A DNA stretch of 64,000 nt, from contig JANOTL010000094.1 of NCBI GenBank assembly GCA_031416315.1, forward strand, positions 1-64,000, given 5' to 3'. A program made the translations under genes and the position numbers. Positions 20,068-29,694 of this stretch are shown here, in pieces. Every line of letters begins with the position of its first letter. Position 1 is the stretch's first letter. Origin of the DNA: Pseudomonadota bacterium (lineage in GTDB: Bacteria > Bdellovibrionota_B > Oligoflexia > Oligoflexales > CAIYRB01). The notes beneath the pieces were generated by a model. The model did not search any database and was not told where the DNA came from. It saw only the letters and a program-made list of their open reading frames with translations.

Positions 20068-21441
20068 TCAGTTGGCGGCCCGCAAGAGGGCCACCTGCCC
20101 CTGTCGCGAAGCGTCGATCGACTGGCCCAGGATCCGCATGGCCTCCTGCGGCGCGTGAAAGCCGGAAGAGTTTTCCGCTTCGACGAAGTCGAGCAGGAAC
20201 TGAGCTCGCCGCTGGGCGCCTTGTGCCGTAACGAACGCCTCGTCGCTGCGGCCCGCGCCGTTCGCGGCCTTCAGATCGTCGATCAGCGCCATGAGCGCGT
20301 TCATCGCCGTGTCGCGCAAGGCCGCAGTCCGGCTTTGAATCAGGTCCACGCGTGCCAGGATCTCACCTTCGCTCTGTTTGTGGCACGTCTGGCAGGCGCG
20401 ATTGATGTTCAACATCGGACTCTGAACGTGGTGGTCGCTGACCTTCGCCGCGCCGACCCGCTTGTAAGGCATATGGCAATCGGCGCACGTCACGCCCGAC
20501 TTCGCGTGGACGCCCTGGCTCCACATTTCGAACTCCGGATGTTGGGCTTTCAGGGCCGGCGCACCGGTGTCGGCATGAACCCAGTCCTTGTGCCCGACCT
20601 CTTCGTAGTAGGAAAGAATCTTCTCCACGCCCAATCCCTTGTCCCAAGGAAAGTAGAGGCGCTTCTCTTCCCCCTTGAAGTAGTACTCGACGTGGCACTG
20701 CCCGCAGACGAACGCCCGCTTTTCCTGATGCGTGGCCATCTTGTTCACGTCGTAGTCGGCGACACCTTCGCTCGCCTTGAGCCGACGCATGCCCTCCATG
20801 AAGGCAGGGCGTGTGATCCGCAGCTCCATCGTCTTCGGCTCGTGGCAGTCGACGCAGGCGACGGGGTGCTCCACCTCTTTGCGCACTTCGACGTAGGGCA
20901 TCTTGTTCATGGCCTCGAAGCCCTTCGTAACGTCCCCGTCACCGAGACGTCGGTACGCCTTCCAGGCCGATGCGTGGCAATGGACGCAGGTCCCCGGCTG
21001 TTTCACGACGTGCTGCCGTTCCGTGTAAGTCTGGTCGTCCAACATGTAGGCGTGGCCGCGCTCTTCCCGAAAATCTTTGGCGAAGGCATAACCCGCCCAC
21101 ATCAGCGCGAGGCGCGGATCCTCGTCGAGACGTGACTGAGCCACCGTCGCGCGCGGGTCTTTGGCCGTCGGCGTGCGGCGGACCGCCTCGCTGCCTCCGA
21201 ATAGCGTGCGTCCTTGATCGACCGTCTTTTTGTAGTCGTCATATTGCTGCGGGAAATTCTTCCCCCACATGCTCGGATCGTCGGTGTCCTCCGTCAGCTC
21301 GACGACGCGAAGGTAAGGGCTGCGGCCCTCCTGCTGCCGAGTCCAGACATTCACCAAGAGCGCGGCCGCGCCGGCGGCGGCTCCAGCTGCGACGAGCGTC
21401 AGCACCGCCCACCCGATCCACGTTTTCTTTTGTGCTTTCAT
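20068..21441 (-). CDS. nrfA: Ammonia-forming cytochrome c nitrite reductase, catalytic pentaheme subunit
   Basis: WAGYAFAKDFREERGHAY; five heme motifs CVHCH, CVDCH, CGQCHVEYYF, CADCH, CQTCH; LKAQHPEFE; ENSSGFHAP. Confidence 0.95.
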   Translation of the reverse strand: MKAQKKTWIGWAVLTLVAAGAAAGAAALLVNVWTRQQEGRSPYLRVVELTEDTDDPSMWGKNFPQQYDDYKKTVDQGRTLFGGSEAVRRTPTAKDPRATVAQSRLDEDPRLALMWAGYAFAKDFREERGHAYMLDDQTYTERQHVVKQPGTCVHCHASAWKAYRRLGDGDVTKGFEAMNKMPYVEVRKEVEHPVACVDCHEPKTMELRITRPAFMEGMRRLKASEGVADYDVNKMATHQEKRAFVCGQCHVEYYFKGEEKRLYFPWDKGLGVEKILSYYEEVGHKDWVHADTGAPALKAQHPEFEMWSQGVHAKSGVTCADCHMPYKRVGAAKVSDHHVQSPMLNINRACQTCHKQSEGEILARVDLIQSRTAALRDTAMNALMALIDDLKAANGAGRSDEAFVTAQGAQRRAQFLLDFVEAENSSGFHAPQEAMRILGQSIDASRQGQVALLRAAN

Positions 21442-21460
21442 GACCAAAGTCGAACCCCTC

Positions 21461-21913
21461 TCAGCGTGGATGCCCGACGTCGCCGTGGCACCGGACGCAG
21501 CGCGTTTGTTCTTGACCGGGCGCATGCGCCTCGATGGTGCTCACGATCGGTTGATGACATTTCCGGCACGAAGCTTCCGCGATCTTCTTGTTGAGACTGG
21601 TCGCGGACAGTGTGTCCTCGTACGTGCCGAACGTGAAGGCGACCGAGTGGTTGAAGCCGTTCAACGCCTTCGTCGCATACTTGCCGACGACGTTGGCGGG
21701 CGTGTGACAGTCGTTGCAAACGGCCCCCGTATGGTGACTGCCCTTCTCCCAAGCTGCGTAGTAGTCGCGCATGACATGGCAATTGGCGCACGCCGCCGGG
21801 TCGTTCGTCAGGTAAGAGGCGCCCTTCGCGAAGGTGAACGTGTAGACCCCGATGCCGACGGCCGCGCCGAAGGCAAGGAAGGCGGCGACGGGTAATGCAG
21901 TTAGGTGCGGCAA
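21461..21913 (-). CDS. nrfH: Cytochrome c nitrite reductase small subunit (tetraheme quinol dehydrogenase)
   Basis: N-terminal TM; SYLTNDPAACANCHVM, CNDCH, CRKCH, CVRCH...VGH. TTG 21913 chosen because it lies downstream of the sigma54 promoter. Confidence 0.93.
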   Translation of the reverse strand: MPHLTALPVAAFLAFGAAVGIGVYTFTFAKGASYLTNDPAACANCHVMRDYYAAWEKGSHHTGAVCNDCHTPANVVGKYATKALNGFNHSVAFTFGTYEDTLSATSLNKKIAEASCRKCHQPIVSTIEAHAPGQEQTRCVRCHGDVGHPR

Positions 21914-21953
21914 AAAGCTGATCCCATCGTGGAGCTGTACACGATCGACGTGA

Positions 21954-21968
21954 GCAATTCGCGTGCCT
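21954..21968 (-). promoter_or_regulatory. sigma54 -24/-12 promoter of nrfHA
   Basis: Minus strand AGGCACG-CGAA-TTGC(T), against consensus TGGCACG-N4-TTGC. Confidence 0.8.
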
Positions 21969-21976
21969 GTACGTCT

Positions 21977-21990
21977 GCGGCATATCACGC
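21977..21990. promoter_or_regulatory. Recurrent palindromic operator; further copies at 22010-22023 and 22029-22042
   Basis: (T)GCGGCA-TA-TCACGC(A), 8 bp from the nrfH -24 box. Confidence 0.6.
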
Positions 21991-22107
21991 ACGGTTTTCA
22001 GCACCTGGCGCGGCAATCCGCGCGTCTAGCGGGATCTCGAGCTGCAGTAGAAACTGGCCATTGGCTATAACAAGCTGAATTTATGGAATAAAATCCAGGC
22101 CTGCCTG

Positions 22108-22122
22108 TGGCAACCTCTTCGC
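22108..22122 (+). promoter_or_regulatory. Probable sigma54 promoter of the cco operon
   Basis: TGGCAAC-CTCT-TCGC(A): GG-N10-GC, 48 bp before the GTG. Confidence 0.6.
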
Positions 22123-22170
22123 AAAGGCTTCCCGCGGCACGCCTTCCCTGCGATCCATCCAGGAGCTCTC

Positions 22171-24318
22171 GTGGTCGAGCAGATTCGTTACGACGACGTG
22201 TCCGTCAAAAATTTTCTGTGGGCGACGATCTTCTGGGGCGTGATCGGCATGCTCGTCGGGGTGACGATCGCGATCCAGATTTTCACGCCGGAAGCGAACT
22301 TCGGCCTGCCGTGGCTGAGCTACGGGCGCCTTCGGCCGCTGCATACCAATGCCGTGATCTTCGCGTTCTGCGGCAACGCCATCTTCGCCGGAATCTATTA
22401 CTCGACACAACGCCTACTGAAGGCGCGACTGGCGTCCGACTTGTTGACCCGCATCCACTTTTGGGGCTGGCAGCTCATTATCGTCGCGGCGGCGATCACC
22501 TTGCCGCTCGGATTGACGACGTCAAAGGAATACGCAGAGCTCGAGTGGCCGATCGACATCGCGATCGCGCTCGTCTGGATCACCTTCGGGGTGAACCTGC
22601 TCTGGACGGTGCGCAAGCGCCGCGAGCCGACGCTCTACGTCTCGATCTGGTTCTATATCGCGACGTTCCTGGCGGTCGCGATGCTCCACGTCGTCAACTC
22701 GCTCGAGATCCCGGTCTCCGCGTTCAAGAGCTACCCGATCTTCAAGGGAGTCCAAGACGCCCTCGTTCAATGGTGGTACGGCCACAACGCGGTGGCCTTT
22801 TTCCTGACCACGCCGTTTCTCGGCCTCGCCTACTACTTCATCCCGAAGGCCGTGGACAAGCCGATCTACAGCTACCGGCTTTCGATCATCCACTTCTGGT
22901 CGCTCATTTTCATCTACATCTGGGCCGGCCCGCACCACCTTCAATACTCCAGTCTCCCCGACTGGCTTCAGTCGCTGGGCATGGTCTTCAGCGTGATGCT
23001 GCTCGCCCCTTCCTGGGGTGGCGCCATCAACTTCGTGCTGACCTTGCGCAACGGTTGGGACCGCGTTCGTACCGAGCCGATCCCGAAGTTCTTCGCGGCG
23101 GCGACGACCTTCTACATGATGGCGACGTTTGAAGGCCCGCTCCTCTCCATCAAGAGCGTGAACGCGCTGAGCCACAACACCGACTGGACGGTCGGCCACG
23201 TGCATTCCGGCGCGCTCGGTTGGAACGGCCTGCTGATCTTCGGCATGACCTACTATCTCGTTCCCCGGCTCTACAAGACCAAGCTCTTCAGCCAACGCCT
23301 GGCGACGACCCACTTCTGGATGGCGACCGTCGGCATCGCGCTCTACGTCGTGGCACTCTGGGTTTCCGGCGTGACGCAGGGACTGATGTCGAACGGAGTC
23401 AATGCCGCCGGGGCCCTGGCGCATCCGAACTACCTGGAGATCGTCACGTCGATCCGCCCGCTGCACGTCATTCGCGCGATCGGCGGCACGCTCTACCTCT
23501 CCGGGTTGCTGCTGATGGTCTTCAACCTATGGAAGACGGTGAGAAACGTGCCGGCCGGCGTCGTCGACGAACTCGTGTCGGTGCCGAGCGGGCGCCGGGG
23601 AGATGCCGTCCCAGTCGTCTATCCAGCTGGAACGAAGGCGCTCGGCCGCATTCAGGTGCTGGTCGAGCACCGAGGCTTCGTACTCGCGGTTCTTTCGCTC
23701 GTCGCCGTTGCGATCGGCGGGCTCTTCCAGATCGTGCCGATGCTGCGCGCGATGCCCGAAGGGCTTCGGGATGCCGCAATCTACCCCTACACTCCGCTGG
23801 AGCTCGAGGGTCGGGACCTCTACATTCGCGAAGGCTGCAACGGCTGTCACACGCAGCAGGTTCGCCCGATCGCCGGCGAGGTCATGCGCTACGGGCCGCC
23901 CTCGCGTGCCGCGGAGGGTGCCTTCGACACGCCGCACCTCTGGGGCTCGAAGCGCACCGGCCCAGACCTGGCGCGCATCGGCGGAAAATACAATGACCAG
24001 TGGCACTGGAAGCATATGCTCGAGCCGCAGTCGACCTCTCCCGGCTCAGTGATGCCGCCGTACGCCTGGCTCGCGCGCGACCGTCTTTCGATCGCGGATC
24101 TTCGCGCCAAGCTGGAGGGTTTACGCGCCATCGGTGTGCCGTACACCGACGCGGACGTCGCCGGGGCGTCGCAGCACCTCGCGTCGCAGGCAAAAGGGAT
24201 CGCCGACAGGCTCGCGGCACAAGGCGAGGTCGTCGACGCCGGTAGCGAGATGATCGCCATGATTGCCTACCTGCAGCGCTTGGGCGCAGATTTCAAGAAG
24301 GCGGGGGTATCGCCGTGA
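22171..24318 (+). CDS. ccoNO: cbb3-type cytochrome c oxidase, fused subunits I and II (CcoN-CcoO)
   Basis: YGRLRPLHTNAVIFAF, WWYGHNAVAF, YIWAGPHHL, GHVHSGALGW (CcoN); GRDLYIREGCNGCHTQQVRP, WGSKRTGPDLAR (CcoO). AGGAG RBS. Confidence 0.97.
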   Translation: MVEQIRYDDVSVKNFLWATIFWGVIGMLVGVTIAIQIFTPEANFGLPWLSYGRLRPLHTNAVIFAFCGNAIFAGIYYSTQRLLKARLASDLLTRIHFWGWQLIIVAAAITLPLGLTTSKEYAELEWPIDIAIALVWITFGVNLLWTVRKRREPTLYVSIWFYIATFLAVAMLHVVNSLEIPVSAFKSYPIFKGVQDALVQWWYGHNAVAFFLTTPFLGLAYYFIPKAVDKPIYSYRLSIIHFWSLIFIYIWAGPHHLQYSSLPDWLQSLGMVFSVMLLAPSWGGAINFVLTLRNGWDRVRTEPIPKFFAAATTFYMMATFEGPLLSIKSVNALSHNTDWTVGHVHSGALGWNGLLIFGMTYYLVPRLYKTKLFSQRLATTHFWMATVGIALYVVALWVSGVTQGLMSNGVNAAGALAHPNYLEIVTSIRPLHVIRAIGGTLYLSGLLLMVFNLWKTVRNVPAGVVDELVSVPSGRRGDAVPVVYPAGTKALGRIQVLVEHRGFVLAVLSLVAVAIGGLFQIVPMLRAMPEGLRDAAIYPYTPLELEGRDLYIREGCNGCHTQQVRPIAGEVMRYGPPSRAAEGAFDTPHLWGSKRTGPDLARIGGKYNDQWHWKHMLEPQSTSPGSVMPPYAWLARDRLSIADLRAKLEGLRAIGVPYTDADVAGASQHLASQAKGIADRLAAQGEVVDAGSEMIAMIAYLQRLGADFKKAGVSP

Positions 24319-24515
24319 CCACGACCCGAGACGAGCTTTTTCAGGCCTGGGCCGCGACCGACCCTTCGGCGCTCCTCTTTCCGACGGTTTCTTTCGCGGT
24401 TTGCGCGTCCGTCTTCATCCTTGCTCTCGTCGTCGTGCTCCTTCTCGTTTCGGGCGAGACCTGCGCGCAGATGGCGATGCTGCCGCTCGAGCGCGACGAG
24501 GGAGGGCGCCGATGA
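24315..24515 (+). CDS. ccoQ: cbb3 oxidase small subunit (CcoQ-like)
   Basis: 66 aa single-TM ORF coupled between ccoO and ccoP, ending MAMLPLE. Confidence 0.65.
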   Translation: MTTTRDELFQAWAATDPSALLFPTVSFAVCASVFILALVVVLLLVSGETCAQMAMLPLERDEGGRR

Positions 24516-25072
24516 GCAAGCTTCGCGACCATAGCTTCGACGGGATCCAGGAGCTGGATAACGACCTTCCCCGGTGGTGGGTCGCGCTCTTCTTCCTCAC
24601 CATCTTCTTCGGCGTCGGCTACATGGCCTGGTTCCATGTTTTGCCGAGCCCGACCCTAGCCGAGGAGCTCGAGCAGGAGCTCGACGCCAGAAAATCCGCA
24701 AAAACGGCGGCTGCCGCAGTACGCCCGGCCGGCACCGCCGCCGCCTTCGACTATGCGGCCGCGACGCGCGATTCCGCGATTGTCGCCTCGGGAAAGGAGA
24801 CCTACGGCGCCATGTGCGCGGCCTGCCACGGTCCCGACGGACAAGGTCTCGTCGGCCCGAATCTCACGGACGACTTTTGGCTGCACGGGGCGACGTTTGC
24901 GGCCGTCGAGCAAACGGTCTCGGTCGGGGTCCTCGAGAAAGGCATGCCGGCATGGGGCGAGATCCTCGGCGCCGAGAAGGTCCGCGCGATTGTGGCGTTC
25001 CTCGGCACGATCCAGCGGACCGCGCCGGCGAATCCAAAGGCGCCGCAGGGCGAGGCCGGGGCTGTGCCGTGA
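24512..25072 (+). CDS. ccoP: cbb3 oxidase subunit III, short monoheme form
   Basis: HSFDGIQELDNDLPRWW, CAACHG, VGPNLTDDFWLHG, GMPAW. Confidence 0.93.
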   Translation: MSKLRDHSFDGIQELDNDLPRWWVALFFLTIFFGVGYMAWFHVLPSPTLAEELEQELDARKSAKTAAAAVRPAGTAAAFDYAAATRDSAIVASGKETYGAMCAACHGPDGQGLVGPNLTDDFWLHGATFAAVEQTVSVGVLEKGMPAWGEILGAEKVRAIVAFLGTIQRTAPANPKAPQGEAGAVP

Positions 25073-26469
25073 GCCGCGAGGCGCCGTCGCCCGAGCTTGC
25101 CGATCAGCCGCGCACGATCCGGCGCGGCGGCGCCCGCGTCTGGATCCATGCAGCCACGGTGAAAGGGCGTTTCGCTCGGCTGCGCAACGTCGTGGCGGCG
25201 CTCCTCGTCGCCCTCTTGTTCTTGTCGCCCTGGCTCCAAGTGGACGGGCGCCCCTTCATGCGTCTGAGCTTTCTCTCGCCTTCGTTCGTCCTTTTTGGAC
25301 GGCACGTCATGATCTACGAGTTCCATCATTTCGGCCTGCTGGCGCTTCTCCTGGTGCTGACCTTGTTTAATGCCAGCGCGAATTTCGGGCGGATCTGGTG
25401 TGGCTACGCCTGCCCGCAGACCGTCTTCATCGAGCAGATCCTGGGCCGGATCGAGACCTTCTTCGAAGGCTCGGCTGCGAAGCGGCTCACTCAGGTCGGA
25501 AAGCCTTTGACGTTGGGCCGGATCGCCCGCAAATCCGGGAAGCAGGCGGCGTACCTTCTCGTTTGCGCCGCCTTCGCGTTCACGCTCGTTGCATGGTTCA
25601 CGGGTCCCGAGCTCATCCTCTCCGGCGAAAGCTCGGGCGCGACGACGGCGATGGCGCTTCTGACCGGCCTGGCCTGGTTCGACGGTGCCTACTGGCGCGA
25701 GCAGTTTTGCCACATCGTTTGCCCGTACGGCAGGCTCCAGAGCGTCATGCAAGACCGTGCTACACGTACGATCGGCTACGACGCGCAACGCGGCGAGCCG
25801 CGGCGGCGCGGCAAAGATCGATCGAGCGCCGGCGACTGCATCGACTGCGACCGCTGCGTCCGCGTCTGTCCTTCCGGGATCGACATCCGTCAGGGCGAAA
25901 GCCAGCTCGAGTGCATCGGCTGCACGCGTTGCATCGATGCCTGCGACTCGGTCATGACGACGCTGAAGAAGCCGAAAGGTCTGATCCGATACGATGCGGT
26001 CGCCATGTTCGGCGCGTCGCCGCCGAAGTCGCGGCCGAAGCTCATGCGGCCGCGCTCGCTCGTCTTGGCGTCGCTTTGGGTCGCGCTCGCCTCCTTCGGC
26101 GTTTGGCAGTTCGTCGACCGGGACCCGTTTCACGCGCAGCTCCTTTCGACGCAGAGTGGCGTACCCTTCTTCATCGACGGCGAGCGGATCAAGAATCTTT
26201 CGACCCTCAAGGTCGGAAATCAAGGGGCCGTGCCGGAAACGTACGACGTGCGGCTCGAAAGCGACGCCGACGCGAGCGTGCGTCTGGAATCGCCGCCCAC
26301 TTTGGGACCCGTCCCCGTGGGCGAAGAAACGGGTATTCCCGTCCTGGTTTCCGCGCCCGCGACGCTGGCGGGCGGCACTTACGCCGTATCGGTTGTCGCG
26401 AGAAGCACCGGCGAGAAGCGGCTGATCGAGCGCCGCCTCCTCGGCCCCGGCAAAGGCGGCTCGCCTTAG
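25069..26469 (+). CDS. ccoG: Cytochrome c oxidase accessory Fe-S protein CcoG/FixG
   Basis: GRIWCGYACPQTVF, REQFCHIVCPYGRLQS, CIDCDRCVRVCPSGIDIR, ECIGCTRCIDAC. Confidence 0.95.
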   Translation: MSREAPSPELADQPRTIRRGGARVWIHAATVKGRFARLRNVVAALLVALLFLSPWLQVDGRPFMRLSFLSPSFVLFGRHVMIYEFHHFGLLALLLVLTLFNASANFGRIWCGYACPQTVFIEQILGRIETFFEGSAAKRLTQVGKPLTLGRIARKSGKQAAYLLVCAAFAFTLVAWFTGPELILSGESSGATTAMALLTGLAWFDGAYWREQFCHIVCPYGRLQSVMQDRATRTIGYDAQRGEPRRRGKDRSSAGDCIDCDRCVRVCPSGIDIRQGESQLECIGCTRCIDACDSVMTTLKKPKGLIRYDAVAMFGASPPKSRPKLMRPRSLVLASLWVALASFGVWQFVDRDPFHAQLLSTQSGVPFFIDGERIKNLSTLKVGNQGAVPETYDVRLESDADASVRLESPPTLGPVPVGEETGIPVLVSAPATLAGGTYAVSVVARSTGEKRLIERRLLGPGKGGSP

Positions 26470-27215
26470 GAATGATGGTGCGAATGGTCGTGCTCGCCGC
26501 CGTGCAATGCCCGCCAAAGGATGGAGATCGACGTGAGGACCAGCAAGATGGCGAAGAGGATCGGCGCTGCCCGCGGGAAGCGACGCTCGAGCCAAGCGCT
26601 GAGCCCGCTGCCTGCCCAAAGAGCCGGCGACGTCGCCACGGCGAAGGCGAGCATCGCCGCGCCGCTCCAAACCGGGTGCGCGATGAGGGCCGCCTGTGCC
26701 AACGCCGCGTAAAGAAAGGCGCAGGGCAAGAGCGCCGTCGCAATTCCGAGGCCGATCGCCCGCGGCGCGCGCAGCCTTTGCGCGTGGCGAAAGAGGGTCG
26801 CGCCCCCGCTCCAGCTGGTCGACTCCCCATGCGGTCGGCGTTGAAAGAGGCTCACGAACGCCCGGCTGTCCCGCCGTGCGCCAATCGCTCGGGCGAGCTC
26901 GACCAAGGCATACGCCAGCATTACGACGCCCAACGCCACGCCGAGGCGCATGCCGAAAGCTTCAATCACCGGTCGAAGCGTCGCGGCTGAGACGAGGCCT
27001 ACGACCATTCCCAGCAACGCGTACGAAGCCGCGCGCGTGCCGTGATACTGCGCGGCTTCGCGCCAGCCGAACGGTCCGGCCGCTGGATCTCCACGCACGC
27101 GGCACGCGCTCGACGCCAGAGGCCCGCACATGGCCGCGCAGTGGAGAGAGCCCATGAGCCCGAACAGCGCGACGGCCCCGACGGTCAATGCTTCTGCGCC
27201 CACGGTCTCCACCAA
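26466..27215 (-). CDS. DsbD_2 / TauE-SafE-like membrane protein (cbb3 assembly associated)
   Basis: GLMGSLHCAAMCGP and LLPCAFLY motifs, multiple TM helices, His-rich tail. Start is TTG 27215 or GTG 27212. Confidence 0.85.
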   Translation of the reverse strand: MVETVGAEALTVGAVALFGLMGSLHCAAMCGPLASSACRVRGDPAAGPFGWREAAQYHGTRAASYALLGMVVGLVSAATLRPVIEAFGMRLGVALGVVMLAYALVELARAIGARRDSRAFVSLFQRRPHGESTSWSGGATLFRHAQRLRAPRAIGLGIATALLPCAFLYAALAQAALIAHPVWSGAAMLAFAVATSPALWAGSGLSAWLERRFPRAAPILFAILLVLTSISILWRALHGGEHDHSHHHS

Positions 27216-29694
27216 TTGCCTTCATTGCGGCCGAGACGCCGGCGGGCGAGGGGGGGGGTTCTGTTGCCACGGTTGCCGCGAGGTGCACGCCTACCTGCGC
27301 ACCGCGAAGCTCGACGAATACTATCAGGTTCTAGAGCGGCAGCAACAGCATGCGCCGAGCCAGCTCGACGTCGTGACGGAGCGCTCCGCCCGCGATGAGG
27401 ATTTGACCGCGGCCTTTCGTTGGGGGGCTCGCGCCGATTCTTACGCGTTCTACGTGCCGTCGTTGAGTTGCGCGGCTTGTCTTTGGCTCATGCAAAAGGC
27501 GCTGCGGGACGTGCAAGGCGTCGACTCGATCGACGTCGATTTGGCTAAGCGTCTGGTTTTGATCGGAGCGCGCGGCGAGGCGCCGCAGCTCGTCCCGCAG
27601 CTGCTCGAGCGCATGAGTCGACTCGGGTACCGCGCCCTGCCGCCGCGGTTTTCGACCGATGCCAAGTTCCAGGACGCGGCCGAGAGGCGCCGGCTCTCCG
27701 ACCTCGGCCTTGCGTGGGCGGCCTTCGGCAACGTCATGTTGTTCGCGACGGCGCTATACTTCGGCGACCTCTGGGGCATGTCGCCGCCAATGGCGCGATT
27801 CCTGGCGCTATTCGCGCTCCTCGTGTCCGCCGCGGCCCTCCCGACGGCGGGCCGCTCGTTCTTCGCGAACGCTTGGCGCTCCCTTCGAGCCGGCGTTTTG
27901 CACATCGATCTCCCGATCGCCGCCGCCTTGCTCCTCGCCTTCGGCGTCAGCGTCGCCAACCTGGCGAGCGGCGGCACTCGCGTCTATTTCGACAGCGTGA
28001 CGGGGCTGATCGCGTTCCTCTTGACCGGACGACACTTGGCCGAGGGGATGGCGAAGCGCGCACGCGACCTCGCGGGCTCGACCTTGGCGTTGATCCCGAC
28101 CTCGGCAGAATCCCTGCGCGTCGGCGACCGGATCGAGGTGAGAGTCGGGGAGCGTATTCCCGCGGACGGACGCGTTGACTTCGGCGAGACCGAAGTCAGC
28201 GAAGCAGCTCTGACCGGGGAGCAAGCGCCGGTTCTGAAGCGGACGGGCGACCTCGTTACGGCCGGCACCTACAATCTCTCCGGCGCGTTCGCTATGATCG
28301 TGACGGCAGCGGGAGAGGATTGCCGCCTCGCTCAGGTCGGCCGTCTCATCGCGGAGGCGCGCGCGAGCAAGGCGTCTTTCGAGACCTTGGCTGAGGCCAT
28401 CCTGCGTTGGTTCATCGCGGGCATCTTTCTCGCGGCGGTCGCTGCGGGGCTCATCTGGTGGCATCTCGACCCCTCGCGCATCGTAGAAGTCGTATGCGCG
28501 ACCCTGATCGTAAGCTGCCCGTGCGCTCTTGCGCTAGCGACCCCTCTCGTGTCCTCGTTCGCGCTCAAGCGGAGCTGGCAGCACGGCGTGATCGTCAAAT
28601 CCGCCGACGTGCTAGAGCGTCTTCCTCGGATCGATACCGTCGTGATCGACAAGACGGGCACGCTGACGACGGGCGCGATGAACGTGGTGCATCGCTTCGG
28701 GACTTCACTCGATCCGAGCGTGGCCGAGGCCGTTTACGTGGTCGCGTCGCTCAGTCTTCACCCGGTCGCGAAGGCGGTGGCCGCGAGCTTGGCGCTTTCC
28801 AAGCGCTCCGACGCGTCGGTCGAGATCCTGTCGCACCGAGAGCTTCCGGGGCTCGGCATCCACGCGGCGGTGCTCATCGATGGCGCGCCGTGCGAGTTGC
28901 GGCTCGGCTCCGTCGCCTGGCTTCGCGCCTTCGTCCCCGAAGGAATGCGCGCGGAGTTGGACGCAGCGGTGGGCGCGAGCGTCGCGGATGGCCCGCAAGT
29001 AGCTGCTTGCTGGGTTCTCGGCGCGGCGCCCAGCGTCGTCGCGTTTTCGTTGTCCGATCCCCCGAGTGCCGCCGCCGCCGAGGTGGTCGCGCGTTGGCGC
29101 GCCGTGGGTTTGTCGGTCCTCGTGATGAGCGGGGACGCTCACGCTGCAGTCGTACAAGCCGCCGATCGCGTCGGAATTCCCGCGTCGGACGTCTTTTCGG
29201 GCCTTTCGCCCGAGGCCAAGGCGCTGCGGGTGAAAGAGCTGGAGGCCGCAGGAAAGCGCGTCCTGATGGTCGGCGACGGTGCCAACGACGCCGCCGCATT
29301 GGCGACGGCGACCGTCGGCGTGGCCGTCCGCGGCGGGGTCGACGTCGCGATCGGCGCGGCCGACGCTTTCAGCTTGAGTCCCGGGCTCGGCCCGGTGGAG
29401 GACCTTCGCAGCTTTGCCGTGCACACGCTCACGTCCTTGAGAATCGTCTTGGCCGTGAGTGTCGTCTACAACGTCGTCGCCGTCGGTCTTGCGCTCGGCG
29501 GCTTAGTGCATCCCATCGTCGCTGCGCTCATCATGCCGCTCTCGTCCTTGACGGTGATCCTGGTCGCAATGCTTCGCGGAGGCAGCTCGAAATGGAAGTT
29601 CTGTACGTCATCGTGCCCCTTGCCGTCGCCTTCGCCGGCGGCGCGGCGCTTGCGTTCCGGTGGGCTGCCCGAAGCGGGCAGCTCGACGACATGA
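27154..29694 (+). CDS. ccoI: Cu-translocating P1B-type ATPase CcoI/FixI
   Basis: CLHC...FCCHGC N-terminal domain, HMA SCAAC, SCPCAL, DKTGTLT, GDGAND. ATG 27154 with GGAGA RBS. Confidence 0.93.
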   Translation: MSPNSATAPTVNASAPTVSTNCLHCGRDAGGRGGGFCCHGCREVHAYLRTAKLDEYYQVLERQQQHAPSQLDVVTERSARDEDLTAAFRWGARADSYAFYVPSLSCAACLWLMQKALRDVQGVDSIDVDLAKRLVLIGARGEAPQLVPQLLERMSRLGYRALPPRFSTDAKFQDAAERRRLSDLGLAWAAFGNVMLFATALYFGDLWGMSPPMARFLALFALLVSAAALPTAGRSFFANAWRSLRAGVLHIDLPIAAALLLAFGVSVANLASGGTRVYFDSVTGLIAFLLTGRHLAEGMAKRARDLAGSTLALIPTSAESLRVGDRIEVRVGERIPADGRVDFGETEVSEAALTGEQAPVLKRTGDLVTAGTYNLSGAFAMIVTAAGEDCRLAQVGRLIAEARASKASFETLAEAILRWFIAGIFLAAVAAGLIWWHLDPSRIVEVVCATLIVSCPCALALATPLVSSFALKRSWQHGVIVKSADVLERLPRIDTVVIDKTGTLTTGAMNVVHRFGTSLDPSVAEAVYVVASLSLHPVAKAVAASLALSKRSDASVEILSHRELPGLGIHAAVLIDGAPCELRLGSVAWLRAFVPEGMRAELDAAVGASVADGPQVAACWVLGAAPSVVAFSLSDPPSAAAAEVVARWRAVGLSVLVMSGDAHAAVVQAADRVGIPASDVFSGLSPEAKALRVKELEAAGKRVLMVGDGANDAAALATATVGVAVRGGVDVAIGAADAFSLSPGLGPVEDLRSFAVHTLTSLRIVLAVSVVYNVVAVGLALGGLVHPIVAALIMPLSSLTVILVAMLRGGSSKWKFCTSSCPLPSPSPAARRLRSGGLPEAGSSTT
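27250..27258 (+). repeat. G9 homopolymer in the 5' part of ccoI
   Basis: GGCGA-GGGGGGGGG-TTC. Confidence 0.9.

Noticed and set aside
29592..29694. ccoI/ccoS 103-bp overlap as a frameshift
   Set aside because: All ATPase motifs and TM helices end before the overlap and ccoS is intact; it looks like a dispensable tail.
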